Assembly: GCA_977020255.1 (NCBI GenBank)
Contig: CDROCS010001086.1
Coordinates: 124,001 to 188,000, forward strand
Origin: Obrimoposthia wandeli
Lineage: Eukaryota
Length of the DNA: 64,000 bases
Reading direction: 5' to 3'
Shown one piece after another: positions 62,601 to 64,000 of this stretch (position 1 is the first letter of the stretch; every line of letters starts with the position of its first letter). The position numbers and the translations under genes are program-made. Under the pieces are notes generated by a model that saw only the letters and a list, made by a program, of their open reading frames with translations, made no database searches and had not been told where the DNA came from.

Positions 62601-63065
62601 CATGATGTATTGGTACTGGTAATGAGTTTTTCTCCGTTTTTTGAGATATGAGGGCGGTTGTATTTTCATTTTAATGTATTAGCATATGTATCTGAACTTG
62701 CGCGATCTCGTTTTTTTTTGTCAATTTCTCTATAAATCTTTGATTATGCCTTTACTTCTTCTTTTGGTATCTGAATTTTTAATAATAACTCTTCCTTCAG
62801 TTTTTCGATTTTTACTCTGTCTTTCATAAAAGCATCAGTCAGTTTATTTTTTGAAAACATTGCTTTCCGTCAAGGAATCGACGAGTTTTCTAACTCTAAT
62901 GCTGAACGCTGAGAATTATTTAAATTAATTATTTTAATGCAACTTAAATTGCAAAGGTTGTACTACAACATAATTCTAGTCTCTTTTGGAACAGACTCGA
63001 GAATATTATTCCTTGATTGATTTCTTGTCAAAACATTTATCTCAGCATGATCGCCAGAAGTGTAA

Positions 63066-63237
63066 AGTGTCGGTTCTAAAACAATAGAACATAAAGAACT
63101 ACCCCCGTCTCCCGAACAAGGAACGAGGAACAAAGCACATCTGGAATTCGCTTAGTCATTCAGATGTGCTTTGTTCCTCGTTCCTTGTTCGGGGGGCGGG
63201 GGTAGTTCTTTGTGTCTATTGTTTTTGAACAGACACT
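63066..63237. repeat. 172-bp near-perfect palindrome (~77-bp arms, short loop)
   Basis: AGTGTCGGTTCTAAAACAATAGAACATAAAGAACTACCCCCGTCTCCCGAACAAGGAACGAGGAACAAAGCACATCT (63066-63142) pairs with 63162-63237 with about six mismatches or indels. Confidence 0.95.
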
Positions 63238-64000
63238 ACGTTTTCAATCCTGATTGGGTTTATGTATCAATTACAATTATGTAGGTTAATTTTCTGTAAA
63301 CATTAAGTATAAAGTTCAAAAAATTAAATTATAAAACATTTAGAAATTAAAAATTAAAAATTAAAAAATTAAAAATTAAACATTTGAAATTAAACACAAT
63401 AGACCGCCCCAAGTTTTTATTTGCAAATATTTAATTTACTTAGTACTGCGACCTCATTCCAGGAGTTAGACTGCCCCGCATAACAGGACAGCTATCGCAG
63501 TTTTTATCTTGAAAACGTTATTGTTTATATTAGGAGTCTCTGTTTATACATGATTATATGATGAAGAAATTGTTTATAATCAAAGTAACATCGATAAATA
63601 TATATTAGCACAATCACAAGCGAACTTGTCCATCAGTAATTTTCCAGATTGGTTTATGAAGACCTGTACAATTGATTTTGCAACGCAAAGCTTAATATCT
63701 GTAATTTAATATATATTATTGTATGTTTTATAACATGTTTTCGATTACTGACATTATTAATATGATTAAATGATGATGTGATTGTGTAAGAAAGGGAAAG
63801 AGTAATTTTAGCGAGAATGTTATATTATTTTCTTCTAAATCAAAACTATTTTGTATTAGTAATTGTAATTAGCATGTTGTAGCTTATAAGACTGTACTTT
63901 ACTGCTGATATTTTCATATAAAGATAATATTTTTGTCCTATAAGTTTAGTAATGATATAACTGGTTTATTGCAACAGCAATTTAGTGGTATATTGGGAAA

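Noticed and set aside
63390-63420. Possible minus-strand PBS (TTGGGGCGGTCTA) for the 58100-62600 Gypsy remnant
   Set aside because: I could not match it confidently to a tRNA 3' end or define an adjacent LTR.
1-64000. The remaining 60-90-aa ORFs in AT-rich regions
   Set aside because: Their composition (F/I/L/K/N/Y-rich) and lengths are as expected by chance in DNA this AT-rich, and none shows a recognisable motif.

Overview
This is very AT-rich eukaryotic DNA, probably arthropod (inferred from the transposon families and a spliceosomal intron). I found no convincing host exon. The window is mostly decayed transposons: piggyBac, Tc1/mariner, pogo/Tigger, hAT, Gypsy and BEL/Pao, plus local tandem duplications. 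The standout feature is a 2,908-bp element at 58760-61667. It has ~91-96-bp terminal inverted repeats beginning AGTAGGTGGATGTGTC and a perfect 6-bp target-site duplication (TATATC), and it sits inside a Gypsy integrase whose reading frame rejoins when the element is removed. These are Maverick/Polinton-type ends, but the element has no integrase, polymerase or capsid gene. It carries a compact, intron-containing TATA-binding-protein-like gene, a DEDD/DnaQ-like ORF, two unknown ORFs and a divergent intergenic region with regularly spaced CCAAT and TATA boxes. A second, diverged, inverted and differently deleted copy lies at ~10786-12516, and comparing the two copies repairs several of each other's lesions. 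The ORF track labels 59469..59741 as '+', but that ORF is on the minus strand. All family assignments are by-eye motif recognition, not database searches.
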